64,000 bases of DNA. It comes from Eledone cirrhosa (Eukaryota). Where the stretch lies: NCBI GenBank assembly GCA_964016885.1, contig OZ024740.1:350734001-350798000 (forward strand), read 5' to 3'. Shown one piece after another: positions 56,888 to 64,000 of the stretch. The notes under the pieces were generated by a model. The model made no database searches, had not been told where the DNA came from, and saw nothing but the letters and a program-made list of their open reading frames with translations. A program made the translations under genes and the position numbers. The stretch's first letter is position 1. Each line of letters starts with the position of its first letter.

Positions 56888-58036
56888 ACGAGGCAATATA
56901 AAACATGGGCAAATACTTAGAAAAACACATCAAGAAAATCAAAAAAAGATATAGATAAATGAAATAGAAATTGAAATATATAAAAATCTATCAAGAAATA
57001 TAGTTAGGTGTGTGTATATGTATGTATATACGCTCCCAGATGTGCATATATGTATATGTGTACATGTACATGTATAGTGAGAAAGTGTGCATAATTCTAA
57101 AATAGGGCAAATGTATCTATATGTCTGTATTATACAAACAGAAATGGTTACATCGTAAATATACGAATATGAAGGCGCGCGCATAAAACGCCTGGACACT
57201 CGTACGCTTAGGTGCGGAAAGAAAGGAGGTAAGGGAGTGTAATAATTAAAAGAAAAGGGTCAGTCTCGATATATTTATAAAAATATAATAACGATAAATA
57301 AGAAAGAAAAAATTAAAGAAAACAAAAAAAAGGGGGGTATATACGTACACAGACACGCGTGTCTCACAAAAGAAATGTAAAAATAATTATGCTTATATAA
57401 ACACGCGCACTTACACTTCCATACGTTCGATACGTACATACACACACACACACACACATACCTATACTCACGCATATAAGCCTGTTTACATGCCCACGTA
57501 TGAAACTGAGTAAGTAAAAAAAGGAAGGGGGGGGGGGAGAAGAAAAAAGGAACAAAACATAAAACCGAGATGTCAAAAACACGGATATAAAGACACGTAC
57601 ACATACGCATAATATATACATACACACACACACAAACACCTGTACACACACACACATATACACATACACACACACATATACATACACACATGTACATATA
57701 TAAAAAGTATACACACATTAAGGCGTTCAGCCATATTGAAATGTGGATAAATAAGTACAAATATAAAATTGTAAGATAGGCTGCGCAAAAATAAAATAAA
57801 AATGAAAATATCTGGATTGAAAAACACAAAAGACAAGTGTAATCAGTTAGTGGAGGAAAAGGGGAAGTAAAAGAAGGGGAAGTAAAAAATAGAAAATAGG
57901 AAGTGGATCGGAGAATAAACGGGGGGGGGGGGAATGTGAAGTAAAAATAAATAAAAGTGAAAATAAATGAAATTATTGACAAGGATAAAAATGAAAGTAA
58001 GTCAGAAAGGGTAATTAAAAAGAGAATAATAAGAGT

Positions 58037-60176
58037 TTATGGAGGATAAGTATCTGAAAGTGTGTTAAGTTTATATGAGCTGGAAAGCAGGTGTGATTTC
58101 ATGTGTGGGCAACTGGTGAAAATTTCCGTCTTTGTGTTCAGGCAGGTCTTTGGTGATTTAAGATTTTGCAATATCCAAAATTTTTCATTTATGCAGAGCG
58201 TGCATTTTCTTGTTCCTCTAGCATATTTTTTAGATTGGTTCAAAATTGACCAATCTAGTTTATATTGGATGCCTTGGTCTTTCAAATCCCAAATTCTGCT
58301 AGCCAGAGCTGTTGTAAATCTTTTTTCTGGATGTCGAAAGGATGCGACATGTGAGTAATAACGCGTTTTGAATCTGTCTTGCGTCATACCCACATATCGT
58401 TCACTGGTGGCTGGATGGTTGTTGCTGATGGTTGTCACTTTAGCCGCATATACAATGGCTTTGGTGTTGCATTTACCTTGTAATGGGCATTCACTTTTGA
58501 TTCTACAGGAGCAAGTTTGATTTTCTCTAGGTGATATTTTGTTGAGGATATAGGACTTAATAGGGGGACCGCAGGAATAGCTAATTTTAACACAGTTTCT
58601 GTTAAAGATCTTATAGTATCTATGTGTTCTAGGGAAATGTTTATCTAGGAGTTCTAGGAATTTTTTGCCTACATTAGTTTTAACTGCTAGAGAGTAGGGG
58701 GGTGTGAACCAGATTATTTTTCTTTTCCTATTTTTATGTTTAATAGAGTTAGTGTAGTTAGGTATGTATTTAATCGGTTCGCTAAAGCCGCTATTTTGGA
58801 GGGCTTTATTATAGTAGGGGGATGCCTTATTAAAAATAGCTTCTGAGGAAGAGAGGGTGGAGATCCTACGGCTAATATTAGGGATAAGGTTTTTAAAAAC
58901 TATAGGTGGATGGCAAGATCCTTTATTTATATATTTTAAGTTTTCATTGGGTTTATGGTATGGTTTATAAGAAGCAGTAGGCAAATCTAGGTTTATATCT
59001 AGGAAATCTACGTTGGAAAGGTTAGTGTCAATAGTAATTTTAAGATTAAAACTAGCGAAGGTTTTTATTAAGTCTTTCCTTAATCTATCTAAGTTCTGGC
59101 CTATGGTGGTATGGGAAAGTATTAGACCATCATCGCGATAAAGCCCAAAAATATGGTTAGGAAATTTTTCTTTAAGTGTATGTAAGAGGAATAGGCCGAC
59201 CAGATCACAAACCTCGGCACTGTCATAAGAGCCCATTGAGACATCGAATGGGTTCTCTGGGTTAGATATTTTTACCCAAGTGTCATTATCATTAAAAAGT
59301 AGAGTGTTCCTAGCATGCAAGATGACATCCTCTTCAACATCGGAGATATTAGTGAACCCTCTAGCGAAATTTAAAGCTTTCACTAAAAGGGTCTGAGTAA
59401 TAGATGGGTAGAAATCTACGATGTCAAATTGGGTGAATCTAGAACTGATTTTGTTTTTAATATTATTAAACCAATGTACTACGGAAGAGCTATTTATCCA
59501 TTGGAGTAATTTAGACTTACTTCTAATGTGTGTATTTAATTTATTTAAAATTTTTTTGCTGGCAAGACCAATATCAGTCTTAGCAGGGTTGATTAATCTA
59601 CAACTAGGGCGATTAATAAAGTCGGGTTTATGATCTTTAAGGGTGATATACGCAGAACGTTTAGCAAGTTTTTCTGTCCTATTATCTATTTTTAAAGAAA
59701 CAGCTAATTCTTTAGCTTCCTTATTTATATTATGGTACGTATTTATATTAGCTATTTGGTATTTAGAGGTGATATTATCTATTAATAGTTGGTCGTGTAA
59801 ATTATTATTAACTTCGTATAGGTTTTTAGTTTTATCTGAGAAGATGAACTTATTATTAGAAGATTTGAAAGTAGAAATATCATTAGATAATTTAGATTGA
59901 AAGGGGTTAGAGTACTTACGAAAATTGATGTTGTTGATAAGGTTAACTAGGTCTAATTCAAAGGCGGTCATATCTTTTACTCTTTGCGGGTATTTGTGAG
60001 TTTTGATGTCAAAATATTCCGTAGAATCCGTGTTAAATTGACCATCGGTGAATCAAAGCTTTCCATCTCATTCTTTTAACAACCCTCTCTACTTTGTCTA
60101 TCAGTATTTTCGTGTAGAGAGTGTTAGAAGGTGTTGGGATATTCTTTACAGAGTAGTCCAAAGGGTATTTGTCCAT
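58037..60176 (-). CDS. Naiad-type PLE RT plus GIY-YIG polyprotein (open 644-aa frame; N-terminal ~45 aa from ATG 60176 in another frame, one frameshift near 60050)
   Basis: YSVKNIPTP..KRMRWKA, SDKTKNLY, ITLKDHKPDF..CRLINPAK, QFDIVDFYPSI, SMGSYDSAEVCDLVG, LYRDDGL, DFLDI, IIWFTPPY, CSCRIKSECPLQGKC, IVY..YVGMT..FKTRYYSH, CTLCINEK, CPH. Confidence 0.92.
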
Positions 60177-61434
60177 GTTCGGTATTGGTTTAAAATCCTA
60201 TGACTGAAGAGTGCTCGACTTTAAAAGGGCTGGAAGGTGCCAATCTCATAACGATGTAGAATATGCTGCGATCATTCCCTTGGGAGCTTTATAAGTATTG
60301 AAATTTCCGTTGGAAACAGAAAAGGTCATAGAAATGAAGAGTGCTCTATGTAAGTATCAGAGCAAAATTTAATGTATAAAAATCAATACAATATAATTAC
60401 CTCATTACCAGAGGTTTCCCGAATGAGGCGAATACGAAATAAACGACTTCTTTTACTTCCCTTTTTCCTCCACTAACTGATTACACTTGTCTTTTGTGTT
60501 TTTCAATCCAGATATTTTCATTTTTATTTTATTTTTGCGCAGCCTATCTTACAATTTTATATTTGTACTTATTTATCCACATTTCAATATGGCTGAACTC
60601 CTTAATGTGTGTATACTTTTTATATATGTACATGTGTGTATGTATATGTGTGTGTGTATGTGTATATGTGTGTGTGTGTACAGGTGTTTGTGTGTGTGTG
60701 TATGTATATATTATGCGTATGTGAACGTGTCTTTATATCCGTGTTTTTGACATCTCGGTTTTATGTTTTGTTCCTTTTTTCTTCTCCCCCCTTCCTTTTT
60801 TTACTTACTCAGTTTCATACGTGGGCATGAAAACAGGTTTATATGCGTGAGTATAGGTATGTGTGTGTGTGTGTGTGTGTGTATGTACGTATCGAACGTA
60901 TGGAAGTGTAAGTGCGCGTGTTTATATAAGCATAATTATTTTTACATTTCTTTTGTGAGACACGCGTGTCTGTGTACGTATATACCCCCCTTTTTTTTGT
61001 TTTCTTTAATTTTTTCTTTCTTATTTATCGTTATTATATTTTTATAAATATATCGAGACTGACCCTTTTCTTTTAATTATTACACTCCCTTACCTCCTTT
61101 CTTTCCGCACCTAAGCGTACGAGTGTCCAGGCGTTTTATGCGCGCGCCTTCATATTCGTATATTTACGATGTAACCATTTCTGTTTGTATAATACAGACA
61201 TATAGATACATTTGCCCTATTTTAGAATTACGCACACTTTCTCACTATACATGTACATGTACACATATACATATATGCACATCTGGGAGCGTATATACAT
61301 ACATATACACACACCTAACTATATTTCTTGATAGATTTTTATATATTTCAATTTCTATTTCATTTATCTATATCTTTTTTTGATTTTCTTGATGTGTTTT
61401 TCTAAGTATTTGCCCATGTTTTATATTGCCTCGT

Positions 61435-61500
61435 CTGACGAACGAATGAAGTCGTTTATTTCGTATTCGCCTCATTCGGGAAACCTCTGGTAATGAGGTA
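61435..61500 (+). ncRNA. Hammerhead motif in the inverted pLTR
   Basis: Same motif as 56822-56887 in the opposite orientation. Confidence 0.7.
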
Positions 61501-61605
61501 ATTATATTGTATTGATTTTTATACATTAAATTTTGCTCTGATACTTACATAGAGCACTCTTCATTTCTATGACCTTTTCTGTTTCCAGCGGAAATTTCAA
61601 TACAC

Positions 61606-62660
<1,055 letters not shown>

Positions 62661-63095
62661 ATGTGCAAAAAATTAGTTCCCCAAACTCCAGGTCTTTATC
62701 TATGTCCAGACAATACGACAGACCAAACACGATTAAATGAAGAAAATATATTTTTAAAAATACAAACCACGTCTGAATAAGCACTAGCGATAAACATTTG
62801 TGAAAAATTATTCACTCACACAAACACATACACGCGCGAACACGTAACATACTTGTTCATTTTAGTAATGAAACTATATAAACCCGAAAGAAATTTCCCA
62901 AAACATCAGATACGTGGCACATCACCATATAACCGCACATCTCTCCATCTCACTTAACTTTTAAAAATCATCCAATCGGTAAAGTTATTATTAATAAATC
63001 TTCTTAAAATCTTCAATTGCATTTTCAACTACATTTTTCTATATTTACTCGTGTGGGATAATAAACACACACACAAACACGTGTATATATCTATA

Positions 63096-63165
<70 letters not shown>

Positions 63166-63173
63166 CATATATA

Positions 63174-63850
63174 TGTAACGGAATATTATGTGTGGTTGTA
63201 ACGATAAGTGGATGGATGGATGTAACTGTTGGTATGGTGGTTTCGATGTAAAGAAAAATATCAGGATTGTGTTGTTACAAGGTTTATTTTATTACAACAA
63301 TATTCAATTTGAATATTGAATGATAAAATAATTGAGACAAAATATTCATACAATAATTTGGTGGCTCTTCGAGCCACGTAAATTCAAATATCACAGAATA
63401 CGATTATAATATGTGTAAACAGAAATGAATGGTGCGTGTACAAATGCTGGACTCACTATGAATGCGTGTGTGCGGCGTATCAGTATATTTACTTATTCGT
63501 ATTGCAGAAGTCAGCGATCAGCCAGGAAGGTGAGAATAAGTGGCAGACTGGTTTTTCGTGACGAGAGCTTGTAAAAACGACTTGTCTTGTCTGTATCCCA
63601 CTTCTTTTCTGTTCGAGGCGTAAACAATCCCTGTATTTATAAGAGTTGAAGTTAGAAGGATAGATATATCCTCTGACCTATTTTATGTCAGGTGTAAACA
63701 CCTCTGACCTGTGTTTAGCCTCTCCCAAGAGGTTAGTCTCTTGAGAGTAAACAAGTTACCACGGCTTGTCCCAGAGGCGGGAAAGCTCAGATTCGGTTTC
63801 GAATCTTCGGGAAAGCTCAGATTCGGTTTCGAATCTTCGCCGCCGTTATA
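63174..63850 (-). mobile_element. Solo LTR (677 bp)
   Basis: Inverted termini TGTAACGG / CCGTTATA (one mismatch from TG..CA). On the - strand TATAAATA (~63634-63641) lies upstream of AATAAA (~63283-63293). Inserted in (TA)n; internal 30-bp tandem duplication at 63780-63839. Confidence 0.65.
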
Positions 63851-64000
63851 TATATATATATATATATAGGTATGTATACGTACATACATTTATGTATACA
63901 GACGTACAATAGTATGTATATACATATATACATGCACACATATACATATATATATGTACGTATGGGTTTACCGAACATTTATTATAATGTTCGGTTTGTT

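Noticed and set aside
63780-63839. CRISPR-like 30-bp direct repeat (similar case at 34388-34457)
   Set aside because: Two adjacent copies with no spacer in a eukaryotic context; simple tandem duplications.

Overview
AT-rich, microsatellite-laden eukaryotic DNA made almost entirely of transposable elements. The SINE types and repeat landscape suggest a coleoid cephalopod such as Octopus (inference). No intact host protein-coding gene is evident. Contents: (1) a head-to-tail array of three full-length, mutually divergent Tx1-clade LINEs (7.5-24.8 kb, - strand), each bordered by (GATA)n and sharing a conserved 5'UTR double hairpin and a splice-donor-like motif just before ORF2; (2) three Penelope-like elements (PLEs): a Neptune-type element with a separate coiled-coil ORF1 overlapping RT in the -1 frame at a T TTT TTA heptamer, and two Naiad-type elements, one nearly intact; (3) about a dozen complete or partial hammerhead ribozyme (HHR) motifs in PLE-derived repeats, including a U3-A8 core variant and a possible stem-III-less variant; (4) a deleted Helitron, a non-autonomous Helitron, RTE and CRE LINE fragments, tRNA-derived SINEs, a solo LTR and long (TA)n-derived arrays. 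All calls come from reading the sequence by eye; no database search or folding program was run.
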